This document shows positions 11,501 through 20,197 of a stretch of DNA of 64,000 nucleotides, in pieces. The notes under the pieces were generated by a model, which did not search any database, was not told the DNA's origin, and saw only the letters and a program-made list of their open reading frames with translations. This stretch comes from a virus, in IMG/VR virus record IMGVR_UViG_3300047476_002043, positions 1 through 64,000 of that record; one strand, written 5' to 3'. A program made the translations under genes and the position numbers. Within the stretch, counting starts at the first letter, position 1. Each line of letters starts with the position of its first letter.

Positions 11501-12158
11501 TAACGTTCTCCATGTTACCGTTAGCGATAGTGAGATCATCTCCTTCGTTGGCGTCGGCATGCTGAATAGCGTGGCTGCTGATGGTGAGATCTTGAGTGAC
11601 AAATACGACACTGCGGCAATTCGCAAGGCTCTAACATCTACAACAACAGATAGTGAAATTCTGTCTAGCCTTGACGCTACTGTCAATGGCAAGACTCTGA
11701 ACAGCACTGCTGCTGATGCCGAAATCTTGAGCTCGCTTGGTCTGCCTGTCATTAACGGAACTGCTGCGGATAGTGAGATCCTGTCTACCATGAACTTTGG
11801 TACACTCACCGCTTCGTATCCTGTTCTTAGCGACACAGAGCGCCAACTCGTTGATGAAGCTGGCATTGTACTTACAGATGAACTCGGCAACATCCTCTAC
11901 TCGGATGCTACAGTTGAAACTGAAGTCCTTAGCTACGTTGGCGTTGGTACACCACGTGCCTTCCCGACATCCGATACTGAAATCACTAGCTCGATGGCAC
12001 CCTCTGGCGTCATGAGCGAAACGGTTGATCCTGAAATCCTGTCCGCCCTCCCGTTGGTGGGTACAGGATACCCAACATCAGATTCTGAAATCCTCTCCGT
12101 ACTACTGACGACAACAGTTAGTGGCACTCAGACTGATCCCACACTGATGGAAGGATAA
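8523..12158 (+). CDS. Virion structural/baseplate protein (phiKZ gp128-like) with C-terminal DxEILS repeat extension
   Basis: HIWEYLTSKG...QQMFLYRNINYLIANRGKQSTL and MRQLFIQLCSYNI segments; divergent from the portal gene; AAGGGG RBS. Confidence 0.7.
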   Translation: MLRYTLSTEEIFRFLKSCTIKNSHFADSSRKKAITTLGLTTILRADYKNLIPYYASMQGHYFIADGYGGVLPQNLISIDTVSPDDGISHVPMVVKSVDTGESILFTKANLLDHPKTAFAYRIGGESFDSLIERYPKQSDLIKSILHPVDDIEVAINAPNYTLLKWDETQLEEQEVGSIIDAVSNFLKMFRKRWDVKEFSFEAYYPITQWSLLWSVLPNVIFGQRIKNLKTINAHSDHIWEYLTSKGLGDYRAVLTHRQQMFLYRNINYLIANRGKQSTLEILAKELLDPYHITLLAKQILLNAENTAERGCPIVDIVSIDINKRDTPATAKLNGYEDLQTIISREREGGLEFSRSDIVVDNGGELTYNDTIIEYQDKQIGHANSTWLPTKLVELNRKDLYTQSHNNFVKFAIQTIFYKQSISQMAYNIVVHPLGSDLEANLTIGEGIALAYYCSSKIMSKSVLVRDKNIVYSVDDPEDPDDIPVDVTINIGASADLIGEAVILYEGTEDEITIDVDEGNHQNLRGKLIRIVGSPTQIVMVDDLYNSAKALIGKVVKVEGNFVEVSEDNYASLNNKIVMVADPYYIPTSAVVTMPLKSGRTVLNDTFFYRGNKLSIKHTLDVDARFNRFGDTSKVAHSRTELLDIIDTQFAGMEHDHNYVRSRGEQTYHLANDLFYDQVRVKGEIPLNTRINYLTYKDWFDNSAILNSIINLIESSKDVRMAYTDVANSIIKSIINLGDSKSTVFSDFTSDNFALMRQLFIQLCSYNITFLDTAANLSSYHQATPMVLNDKSVREQYTDSKIRIDPFIVDTTTKIEREGVLLNTLRPSERVPRTISSRRRMKNPITRRETSEVSTTSRVYDRTRVVYDGKIIGRAGSIGMTTFVIKSVSPVINVPPKVLSSSATDPEILSSLMIAHLNSSASDSEILSNVNIRKLNSTATDAEILSNLNVLAYRGILNSNATDTEILSFAGHFKLNSTPSDAEILSELDEHKAPNVLHVTVSDSEIISFVGVGMLNSVAADGEILSDKYDTAAIRKALTSTTTDSEILSSLDATVNGKTLNSTAADAEILSSLGLPVINGTAADSEILSTMNFGTLTASYPVLSDTERQLVDEAGIVLTDELGNILYSDATVETEVLSYVGVGTPRAFPTSDTEITSSMAPSGVMSETVDPEILSALPLVGTGYPTSDSEILSVLLTTTVSGTQTDPTLMEG
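11208..12155 (+). repeat. About 14 degenerate protein repeats (LNSxxxDxEILS)
   Basis: DPEIL, DSEIL, DAEIL, DTEIL, DAEIL, DSEII, DGEIL, DSEIL, DAEIL, DSEIL, ETEVL, DTEIT, DPEIL, DSEIL read directly from the translation. Confidence 0.9.
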
Positions 12159-12165
12159 TCCGTAG

Positions 12166-12198
12166 GCTGCTTCTACCCCGCAACGGGGTAGAAGCAGC
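12166..12198 (+). terminator. Long stem-loop, probable terminator
   Basis: GCTGCTTCTACCCCG-CAA-CGGGGTAGAAGCAGC. Confidence 0.8.
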
Positions 12199-12256
12199 TC
12201 ATTTCATTGAACGATATTTTATAGCTTCAACTTAACTCCTAAGTAAGGAAATAACT

Positions 12257-13027
12257 ATGCGCAGAACCACTGTTGGTACAACTGTTCGCACATTCGATGT
12301 CGACGGCCAAAACCACGTTGATGGATGGTCCTTCTCGCTTACCGGCAACGGTGCTGACGACGCCCTCTTCACCATCGTCAACAGCAGCCTCAACGTTGCT
12401 GCTAACTACGTCCCTCCCGGTCCCAAAACCGTCAATGTTCTCATGAGTAAAGTCGGCGAACCGTCGGTTATTACCAACGTTCCCTTCGTCATTCAGGACC
12501 GTGGCGTTCAGATGGATAGCACTAAAGATCTGACGATCCCTGGTAGCTTCCTTCCCAACTGGACAGCCAACAGCGAAATCCACCTGATGTTCTATCCTGA
12601 TGCTGGCACCGAAATGCTCTTCATGGTTAGCAGCCTCAACGTTGGATACGGTGCCGTTGGTGCCAACACTTCGGGTGACGTCAGTGCGTACTCTCTCAAT
12701 GGAGCTTCCGCTGCTGATCTCCTCAACACCGTTGCCAGCGTCATTGTTCCTAACCAGTGGAACAACCTGACGATCACCAACAACGGCTCCAACCAGACTC
12801 TGTTCAAAGTCAATGGTGTCTCCATTCACCAGGCCGCGACCAACAAGCTTCGCAACCAAGGTACGGACGTTCTTTCTGTCATCAAGGTTGTCACCCCTAG
12901 CAAGAATGTTGTTGTGAGCAACTTCAAAGTTAAAATCAACAACGTCTACTATCTGGCCGAGGAACTCGAGACCGTCGCAGGTTCTCTTGCCACCTCCGGC
13001 GGACCTACCTTCAACGTTCTCAAATAA
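12257..13027 (+). CDS. Virion appendage protein: cadherin-like N-terminus plus beta-rich (LamG/lectin-like) domain; distant paralog of the 40256/41096/41988 genes
   Basis: VDGQNHVDGWSFSLTGNGADDALFTI aligns with VGGQGTANGWTFTLPAGVADNDLFQI; shares the C-terminal G-x-P-T-F-N. Confidence 0.7.
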   Translation: MRRTTVGTTVRTFDVDGQNHVDGWSFSLTGNGADDALFTIVNSSLNVAANYVPPGPKTVNVLMSKVGEPSVITNVPFVIQDRGVQMDSTKDLTIPGSFLPNWTANSEIHLMFYPDAGTEMLFMVSSLNVGYGAVGANTSGDVSAYSLNGASAADLLNTVASVIVPNQWNNLTITNNGSNQTLFKVNGVSIHQAATNKLRNQGTDVLSVIKVVTPSKNVVVSNFKVKINNVYYLAEELETVAGSLATSGGPTFNVLK

Positions 13028-13040
13028 GGGATGAATCTCT

Positions 13041-13898
13041 ATGCCTAGCCCCTTCGCTACCGTGACGAGCACCAATACCCTTCTGGGTATCGTCAACCAG
13101 CTCAGCGCTCAAATGAGCATCCCCCTCACCGTTCGCCACAACACCACCATCAATCACAAGCGCAACAACAACCCTGCGCCTACATTGGCTCCTGGTGAAT
13201 ATCCGAAGCTTCAATACTTCGGCATCGGCATTAACGGTTTCTACAACATCAGTGACACCACGCTGGCTAGCCCGTACATCCCTTCGGAAGAGAACATGGA
13301 CCTTTACCTGCCCATTCCCTTCCGTGTGATCCCGGTGTCTCAGCTTGATGGCAACCCTACACTGTTCGCTTCTCTTGTTGCACCTACAGATCCGGCACTA
13401 CCGACCTACCGCATGCTCACCAAAGAGACTATCGGTGGTGTTGAGTACTACGCCTTCTGGCTCAAGAAGCTCGAATTCCCTAGCAATACCGTTGAGGTTG
13501 ACCGCGTTAACCTTGTCGACGGTAGCTCTTCCGAATACCTCTTCGACAACAGCCACCTCACTCCGGTTCCTGTCAAAACTTCCGGCATCGACACCGAATC
13601 CACAGCGACAAGCAAAGTTGTTGCCAGCGTTACCTGTCTCGCCAAAGTTACAGGTGCTGAAGTTGCTGAGGCCATCAATGTGATGTACGACGGCGACGTC
13701 CGTCTTGCTCGCGTTAGTGAACTCGGTTTCTACAGTGGCATCGAAAAATCGATCTCTCGCTTCGGCTTCACCTACACTGAAGCCATCTACACTCAGCTCG
13801 CTGTACATCGCTGCTCCACAGGCAACGATCTTAGCGATACCGGTACAACCATCTCCGAAACTCTGCACTACGAAAACGGTAGCCAGTATTTCGTGTAA
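13041..13898 (+). CDS. Virion structural protein (phiKZ gp130-like)
   Basis: PKLQYFGIGING, LYLPIPFRV, YRM...YYAFWLKKL and ARVSELGFYSG segments. Confidence 0.65.
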   Translation: MPSPFATVTSTNTLLGIVNQLSAQMSIPLTVRHNTTINHKRNNNPAPTLAPGEYPKLQYFGIGINGFYNISDTTLASPYIPSEENMDLYLPIPFRVIPVSQLDGNPTLFASLVAPTDPALPTYRMLTKETIGGVEYYAFWLKKLEFPSNTVEVDRVNLVDGSSSEYLFDNSHLTPVPVKTSGIDTESTATSKVVASVTCLAKVTGAEVAEAINVMYDGDVRLARVSELGFYSGIEKSISRFGFTYTEAIYTQLAVHRCSTGNDLSDTGTTISETLHYENGSQYFV

Positions 13899-13921
13899 GA
13901 AAAAAGAAAAACCTCTCCTAC

Positions 13922-13955
13922 CTCTACCTACCACCCGCAAGGGTGGTAGGTAGAG
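13922..13955. terminator. Bidirectional terminator with GCAA loop
   Basis: CTCTACCTACCACCC-GCAA-GGGTGGTAGGTAGAG between convergent genes. Confidence 0.85.
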
Positions 13956-13960
13956 ATGGG

Positions 13961-14464
13961 TCAGAGATCAAGAACCAAGGTATGAGACAAGGGTTTAAAC
14001 TTGAGCTTTTCAAGATAGAACTTCATGGCTTTATGGTTACAATCGTAAACCTGGAGAGTCACCGATTTGCACCTAGGCTTGTAGTCCTCGATGATCAATC
14101 TCATAGCCTCCTCACCATAACCATGAGAACGGAACTCAGGCTTAAGGTAGAGGTTACAGATATTGACCGATTCCTTGTATGTATGCCAGTCTTCTCCGGA
14201 GACATCGGCCATGATGTTGCCGACGATGACGCCATCCAGTCGGATAGTTCTCACATCCCATGAGTTCACCAAATGGTCAACGAAATACTTAGGGTCTGGG
14301 TATGCGTCGTAGTCGATTTCATTGACGGATTTGTATTTAAACCTCATGTCAATATGAAGTTCTTCATCAAGTGCGCGCATCATCTTGAAAATCTCAGCCG
14401 CTACCTCTTGGGCATCGAGATCGGTTGGATAATACTTGTTAATACTTAATCTTGACATTTCCAT
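13961..14464 (-). CDS. GNAT family N-acetyltransferase
   Basis: Motif A NLYLKPEFRSHGYG and motif B NHKAMKFYLEK. Confidence 0.85.
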   Translation of the reverse strand: MEMSRLSINKYYPTDLDAQEVAAEIFKMMRALDEELHIDMRFKYKSVNEIDYDAYPDPKYFVDHLVNSWDVRTIRLDGVIVGNIMADVSGEDWHTYKESVNICNLYLKPEFRSHGYGEEAMRLIIEDYKPRCKSVTLQVYDCNHKAMKFYLEKLKFKPLSHTLVLDL

Positions 14465-14505
14465 TTTCCTCCTCTCCAGGTTAAAAAAGATAAAGATAGA
14501 GAATC

Positions 14506-14539
14506 TCATCCGTTGCTGGATTTCTCCAGCAACGGATGA
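14506..14539 (-). terminator. Stem-loop terminator
   Basis: TCATCCGTTGCTGGA-TTTC-TCCAGCAACGGATGA. Confidence 0.8.
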
Positions 14540-14545
14540 TCACTC

Positions 14546-16132
14546 TTATCGAGTCACGATTCTCGAGTCGACGCTGATGCCGGCTTTGATGATGTGCCGA
14601 TCGTCGTCTTCGAAGCTCTTCATAACCACGACAGTGTAGGGAACGATTTCACAGAGCGATTCTTTCAGACAGAACTCGACGTCACTCGATTCCTGACCAA
14701 CGATGCGCGTAGTGTCAGCATTCCTCACTGAGGTATCAACGCAGGTGTCTGCGCTGTCCATGGTAGTGAAGATGACGTTGTCCTCATAAACGAGGATGCA
14801 ATTTTCGGATTCGAATTCTTTGATGATCGCATCTTCTTCTTCGACCTTGGCGCAAAGAACGCGATCTTTGAGGAAGGTTCCGTTGCCGAATCCATCGCCA
14901 ACATCGATGATGTCGGTGGACTGAGAAGAGATCACACAGCGTTCAGCAAATCCGACAATGACGAAGCGGACAATGGCATTGTACCGCGACTCGAAATTGG
15001 GAGCACTGAAATAGACCGAGAGCGCGGCGTTGCGGTAATCGGATGCAGTAAGCTCCAGCGCTCCTTTGAGATTGGAGATAGCCGGGGCTCCCGTACAAGT
15101 GATGTGATAGGCCTCAGTATCGATAAGACCGGCACGGAAGCAGGCATTGATTCGATCGATGAGGAGTTTCTGCACAGCGTTGAACGTTGCAACAGCAAAC
15201 GATTCGAGGACCTTAATGGTCGCGACGATCAGATCAACGGCAGAAGTTTTGTTAGTAACGGCTTGACCGATCCTCTTCTGCGCTGCGCGAATTTCAGCAG
15301 CAGGAGAGTTGACGATCTGAAGACGTTTGAACTTGCCGAGGATGAAACACTTCTTATTGACAGCAAGCTCTTCTTTGTAGAAGTTTCCAAGGAACAGCTT
15401 GATGGCGTCAAGAGAAGCGAAGGTTTGGATCGGAGAGATGGTAGACTTGAAGAATCCGGCATTGCCGAAGTAGCGAGTAGCTGCGGTCGACGCGGTAGAC
15501 AAATCACCAACATGGGCGATGCTACGCTCAACGGGACGGATCCAGCCTTCGCGCTTCTTATCCCGAGCGGAAGCCTTGGGACGATCTTCTTCTTTCTGCT
15601 GCTGAGGAGATTGGGGATTCTGATTCTGTACAGAGGCGAGCGAGGCGTAGGAGGTCGCATTCGTGGGATAGTTGGGACGATCGAACGAATTGCTAGATTG
15701 CCAGCTGTTGCCTTGCTGGAAATTCTGGGGTTGTTGACCCCAGACATTGGCGCCATAACCAGCGTTGTAGACTGGTTGCTGAGGTTGTCCCCAGCTCGGC
15801 TGCTGTTGTTGACCCCATCCGTTGCTAACCGGCTGATTCCATCCAGGATTCGCCGGCTGTTGCCACTGCCTGCCTTGTTGTGCCTGACGCGCAGCGAGAC
15901 CACTGATGTAGCTTTCGAGGTGATTGATGAACTCAAATTCATTGATCCCATTCGGATAGCCACCAATGATCTGCCTGATGAAATCAGCACTGATAGTGGC
16001 ACCTTCAGTGAGGCACATATTGGCGGCTTGTCCGGACAACATGCCTTTATTTACCATTCCGTCGAGGGTGGGTCGGAAGGAGTTGTTGAACAGGGTGACG
16101 TAGGGATGGGGGGCAGCGGAAGGATTGTACAT
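14546..16132 (-). CDS. Hypothetical protein with Q/N/W-rich low-complexity region
   Basis: 528 aa with GGAG RBS; WxQP-type repeats at about residues 83-180. Confidence 0.8.
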   Translation of the reverse strand: MYNPSAAPHPYVTLFNNSFRPTLDGMVNKGMLSGQAANMCLTEGATISADFIRQIIGGYPNGINEFEFINHLESYISGLAARQAQQGRQWQQPANPGWNQPVSNGWGQQQQPSWGQPQQPVYNAGYGANVWGQQPQNFQQGNSWQSSNSFDRPNYPTNATSYASLASVQNQNPQSPQQQKEEDRPKASARDKKREGWIRPVERSIAHVGDLSTASTAATRYFGNAGFFKSTISPIQTFASLDAIKLFLGNFYKEELAVNKKCFILGKFKRLQIVNSPAAEIRAAQKRIGQAVTNKTSAVDLIVATIKVLESFAVATFNAVQKLLIDRINACFRAGLIDTEAYHITCTGAPAISNLKGALELTASDYRNAALSVYFSAPNFESRYNAIVRFVIVGFAERCVISSQSTDIIDVGDGFGNGTFLKDRVLCAKVEEEDAIIKEFESENCILVYEDNVIFTTMDSADTCVDTSVRNADTTRIVGQESSDVEFCLKESLCEIVPYTVVVMKSFEDDDRHIIKAGISVDSRIVTR

Positions 16133-16200
16133 CTGAAAAGGACTCCATGATGATTTTGTTTTGAGGGGTGGTACTCGGAGGTGGGCGAGTTATTTTTTTC

Positions 16201-17736
16201 TTAGCGTGCGAATGCGTCATCGATTTCATCTGCCCATGAAGGACGGATGATTGAGCCATCATCTTCGATCTCCAAGAAGCCGTTGATCGAGCCGGTAACA
16301 ACTGGAGATGAGGAAGGGAAGCCAAGGGGGGATTCGACTACCAGCTGGGAGCTGTGAGCTTGAAGAAGATGAGGTGATAGTGAGGTCCCGCCTCCACCAC
16401 CGTCAGCTAATTCGACATCGTTCATAGATCTGATTCGTTTGGCACCAACGCTCAACATGAAGTTGTCGTTGTAGACTGTTGGCTTTGCACGGAACATCGT
16501 CGACGTGCTAATCCATTTAGTCTTGCGTGTAGCCTGCATGAGAGCTTTAACACTCTCTCTATTTAAACCTTGTTTGCTGTTAACGATCTTAAACAACTTG
16601 GTGTTGAAGTTCCGGACCAGGCCGGCCATCATTTGATCCAATGCGCCTATCTTCTTATCGTAGAGATTGTGAGGCTGATAATTCTTCAGCCATTTATCGA
16701 TGTTCGTGAAGACCAGGAGAAGATGTTCTTCAAGGTCCTTTGCTACAATGCCGATGCTTCTGTGTTGGCGTTTGGCCGCTTCGTCAAGCATCGTCTCGTT
16801 AGTCTGGAGGTGATTTTCAGCGTTGTTGAGGAGGAGGAGCGGTTTCTTAACCGACGGGTAGGTCATCTTACCGAGAGTGACCTTGTAGTAAACGGTATTA
16901 TTAGCATCATTGAAACTGAATCCGCGATTGGAGGCGAAGACAGCAACCAACGACACCACGACACGTCTAACGAATTGACTTCCGAGTTCGGATTCTAAAA
17001 TCTTCAAATAGATCCGATCTTCGATTTGAACGAACTTATATCCAACTTCAGCTGGAATAATTTCAGAATAGATCATTGAAATCTTATCTCCAACACCATA
17101 GTACTCCATGGTGCCTTTGAAGGAGAATTTAGCGAGATGATAGATGATCAATGGAGGTCGCTTGCGCTTACCACCGCTAGCCTGGTGGATCTTGCAAGTG
17201 ATGATTTCATCTTTGAATGTGAAGCCGTCAACCGTTCGGAATGCACCGCGTTCATTTCGCCAGAATTTGAGGCGAGCGCGCATCACTTGGAAGACAACCT
17301 CTGAAGAGTCATATCGATACATACCACCCTTCTCGACGATGGCGAAGAGAGGGTAATGATCGATGTCGTCGATTGTGATCCCATGGTTATTCACGTAGGG
17401 AATGTCAACGATCATTTCGAACAGTTCATGTTCGAAACGGAATACGTATTTCATTACTCGAATGTCTGACACTCGAATGTCGAATTTCTTACCCTGAACG
17501 CTACGCTGATTCATGTGATCGCATCGCTCTTCAGGTGTCATCTCACTGTAGGTGAGATATTCCAATCGTGGTTTCTCTGGGGTAAGCGTGTTATGCAGGA
17601 TTCCGATTGATTGCCGGAAAAGCTCGTCGAGATATTGAGGGATTTCCCCAATTTTGTCTTCTCTGAAGTCGATGAGAAGCTTGTCGTTGAAGTTCGGCAT
17701 CTCATCAATGATTTCGCCTAGTAGTTCTTTCCACAC
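16201..17736 (-). CDS. Non-virion RNA polymerase beta subunit, N-terminal part (phiKZ gp123-like)
   Basis: GTG start with GAGGTGA RBS. C-terminal LLQAHSSQLVVES...SSSPVVTGSINGFLEI resembles the beta-subunit rifampicin-region equivalent. Confidence 0.75.
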   Translation of the reverse strand: MWKELLGEIIDEMPNFNDKLLIDFREDKIGEIPQYLDELFRQSIGILHNTLTPEKPRLEYLTYSEMTPEERCDHMNQRSVQGKKFDIRVSDIRVMKYVFRFEHELFEMIVDIPYVNNHGITIDDIDHYPLFAIVEKGGMYRYDSSEVVFQVMRARLKFWRNERGAFRTVDGFTFKDEIITCKIHQASGGKRKRPPLIIYHLAKFSFKGTMEYYGVGDKISMIYSEIIPAEVGYKFVQIEDRIYLKILESELGSQFVRRVVVSLVAVFASNRGFSFNDANNTVYYKVTLGKMTYPSVKKPLLLLNNAENHLQTNETMLDEAAKRQHRSIGIVAKDLEEHLLLVFTNIDKWLKNYQPHNLYDKKIGALDQMMAGLVRNFNTKLFKIVNSKQGLNRESVKALMQATRKTKWISTSTMFRAKPTVYNDNFMLSVGAKRIRSMNDVELADGGGGGTSLSPHLLQAHSSQLVVESPLGFPSSSPVVTGSINGFLEIEDDGSIIRPSWADEIDDAFAR

Positions 17737-17740
17737 AGAT

Positions 17741-18886
17741 TCACCTCTTTTTGTTAATGAGTGCTGGGATAAGGACGCCGACCAAAAAGCCACCGAGCGC
17801 TTTACCAATCGTCATTATCAGATTGATTGTTTCTGCTCTAGAGGCTTCTTCCGCTTTTCTGGTTCGATACTCCTGCTCAACTCTTCTCTCCATTTCTGAA
17901 TGGAGTTTAGCTGACGCATTAGCTTGATCCACGCGGGCTTCGTAAATTGCTTTCCATTCTGCGGCTTCCGCCTTAACTCTCCTGTTTTCCATCAGAATCT
18001 TCTCTTGGTTTAATTCTGATGTAGCGATTTTGTTTTTGAATTCTAGGATTTCGTTGGCCTTTGAATCTTCGAGCAGCTTGACCTTTCTTTCGAGAGCGCT
18101 GTATCGAGTCTTGAAATCATCGCGTTCGGCCGCCATCCTTTTGCCGACGCTTTCAACAACTGCCGCCTCTTGGGCGCTTTGAAATTTCTTATGGGCAGTA
18201 ACAGCTTCATCGGCCGTTAACCCAAGGGCAATCAATGATTCGGTTTCGCTATGCACAAAATTTCCGTCTGTGAATAGTGATTCTATATTTAGAGATGCGG
18301 TCATATAAGACACGTCCCCATTATTAACAACTAGATTCATCGTAGCTTCCGGCGCTTTTACATTGGTTACCGAGATCGGTACTGTAGCACCTGCGAAATA
18401 AGCAAAGACATTGCCAGCCCTTGCTTTTGGATCATTGATTACACAAGAGATGAAGAACTTGCTATGAGCATTTTTGATGCTAAGCATTGCCTTCTCAACT
18501 GCATCATTCAAGATATCCATTTTGAATGGATGATCAACTTTTGAACCGATGATGGAACTTGAGAACAAGTAGTTTGTCTCGACGTCGTAAAAACTACGAC
18601 GTTCAATTTCCATCTGTGGAATCTCTATGACGATTGTCTGAAGAGGGATTCCAGAGTAGTACCTCTGGTCCTTCGATGCTCTAGAACCTATGTGATGCCT
18701 GACGGTAATCACTAGGTATCCATGTCTGATCGGATAGGTATCCACAGGAAGTAGTTCTGCTTTGTTGTTGCAGTCTACAGCGTGAATGGGGAGCGGAGTG
18801 CCGTTAGAGATGAGGATCTCTTTGTACAAGCCATTGTGACATAGCGCGACGGCATCCGAGGAACATGTATATTTGAATACTCGCAT
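17741..18886 (-). CDS. Hypothetical protein with coiled coil and C-terminal membrane anchor
   Basis: 381 aa; charged heptad-like region and terminal ALGGFLVGVLIPAL; early promoter upstream. Confidence 0.8.
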   Translation of the reverse strand: MRVFKYTCSSDAVALCHNGLYKEILISNGTPLPIHAVDCNNKAELLPVDTYPIRHGYLVITVRHHIGSRASKDQRYYSGIPLQTIVIEIPQMEIERRSFYDVETNYLFSSSIIGSKVDHPFKMDILNDAVEKAMLSIKNAHSKFFISCVINDPKARAGNVFAYFAGATVPISVTNVKAPEATMNLVVNNGDVSYMTASLNIESLFTDGNFVHSETESLIALGLTADEAVTAHKKFQSAQEAAVVESVGKRMAAERDDFKTRYSALERKVKLLEDSKANEILEFKNKIATSELNQEKILMENRRVKAEAAEWKAIYEARVDQANASAKLHSEMERRVEQEYRTRKAEEASRAETINLIMTIGKALGGFLVGVLIPALINKKR

Positions 18887-18932
18887 GATCCAACCTTAGT
18901 TATGTCTTCTTGCATTTCGGGGTTGCAAATAG

Positions 18933-18940
18933 GTAATATA
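18933..18940 (-). promoter_or_regulatory. Early promoter TATATTAC
   Basis: Exact phiKZ early consensus, upstream of the operon containing the nvRNAP subunit. Confidence 0.75.
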
Positions 18941-19017
18941 GATCTAAAACGATCTTGAAATAACCGGTCTTGCGAGATATAGAGATGGTACGGCAGCGTA
19001 AAAAATAAAAAGAACTA

Positions 19018-19049
19018 GCCACCCTAGCGGCTCATGCCGCTAGGGTGGT
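19018..19049 (-). terminator. Intrinsic terminator
   Basis: GCCACCCTAGCGGC-TCAT-GCCGCTAGGGTGGT with an A tract on its left (U tract on minus). Confidence 0.85.
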
Positions 19050-19053
19050 TTAG

Positions 19054-20121
19054 TCACTTAGGTTTGCTTTCAGGGACAGTCTTCTCTCGAAGATCCAGTA
19101 TCTTGACGACACCAAATGTTGTAGCTTGTCTGGCAGTAGGTATCGATGGAGAATAACCAGGAGATGCCAATGTTCCAACGCCCTGGAGGACATTGTTATT
19201 GGAGCTTGTAGCAACGATATTTGTCGCTTTAGCCATTCTCTGCTGATTTGTATCGATAGCTCCAATCTCTGTCAGAACAGAACTCGATTTAGAGTAGCGA
19301 TCTGTAGTCGCCACGTTTATCATCGGATCGAATGTCTGTCCAACAGATGCTGATCTTGGTTGTTGGATGACGGACGAGAAGATATCGACGCCAACTGATC
19401 CATATTGCTTTATGGTGTCTCCGGTCACTGTATCTTTAGCCTGAACACCAACAACAGACTTAGCTGCTGCTATGTTCTCGTCTGTTCCAGGCATGGCAGC
19501 AAGACAGTTTTCCGTATTCTCCTCCAGGTCAGGATTGAATTCGGCAGGATTGTTTTCTGATGCTTCCTTGAAGATGTCCATCGCTCCAGACTTAGCTACG
19601 GTATCGAACACGTTACCAAGAAGAGTTGGTGAAGCCTGAGCTACCGCTAAGGGATCGCCGGAGATGATTCCTTCGGCGTTGTTCCTATCTACTCCTGAGT
19701 ATTCTAGAACATCACCAATTTTGTTGATGACGTACTGACCACCAGATTTAGTTTTGTCCCAAACCGTAGCACCGACATCTTTTGTCTTTTCCCAGAAAGA
19801 AGGTTCTGGGTCAAAATCTGGAGCGTCATCGGTTGATGCGGCGCCGTCTTGATTAGGAGCGACGACGTTGATATCTTCGATCGCTCTATACTGATTCGAC
19901 GTTAATGAAGTCTTGTCTGAGTAGAAATTAGAGAATGCATCAGATTTGGCTCTTGCCAATTCTGTATCATTTGTAATTGCGTATGGCGTGTTGGCCTGAA
20001 GCGCCTTCAGTGTTTTGGGATCAACTTGACTCAGATAGGTGGTATCCGACGAAGTTGTCTTGGCGACTTGAGGAGACGAGACGGGCTTTTGAGTTTCGGT
20101 AATGAATAGACCGTTTGGCAT
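19054..20121 (-). CDS. Hypothetical protein, possibly virion-associated
   Basis: 355 aa, S/T-rich, AGGAG RBS. Confidence 0.7.
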   Translation of the reverse strand: MPNGLFITETQKPVSSPQVAKTTSSDTTYLSQVDPKTLKALQANTPYAITNDTELARAKSDAFSNFYSDKTSLTSNQYRAIEDINVVAPNQDGAASTDDAPDFDPEPSFWEKTKDVGATVWDKTKSGGQYVINKIGDVLEYSGVDRNNAEGIISGDPLAVAQASPTLLGNVFDTVAKSGAMDIFKEASENNPAEFNPDLEENTENCLAAMPGTDENIAAAKSVVGVQAKDTVTGDTIKQYGSVGVDIFSSVIQQPRSASVGQTFDPMINVATTDRYSKSSSVLTEIGAIDTNQQRMAKATNIVATSSNNNVLQGVGTLASPGYSPSIPTARQATTFGVVKILDLREKTVPESKPK

Positions 20122-20197
20122 GTGAATCTCCTTGAATTAAACATATAATCGTCTAAGACCTACCAGCTGGCCGCTAAGCCAGCTGGTAGATTTAGAG

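Noticed and set aside
14546-16132. Chimallin or the nvRNAP gp68 subunit
   Set aside because: Size is plausible, but no motif I can recognise; left as hypothetical.
15104-16150. Long antisense ORFs (also 757-1563, 5845-6681, 12239-13096, 24031-24957, 28708-29334)
   Set aside because: They are shadows of well-supported genes on the opposite strand with biased codon usage; no motifs, and one would overlap a tRNA.
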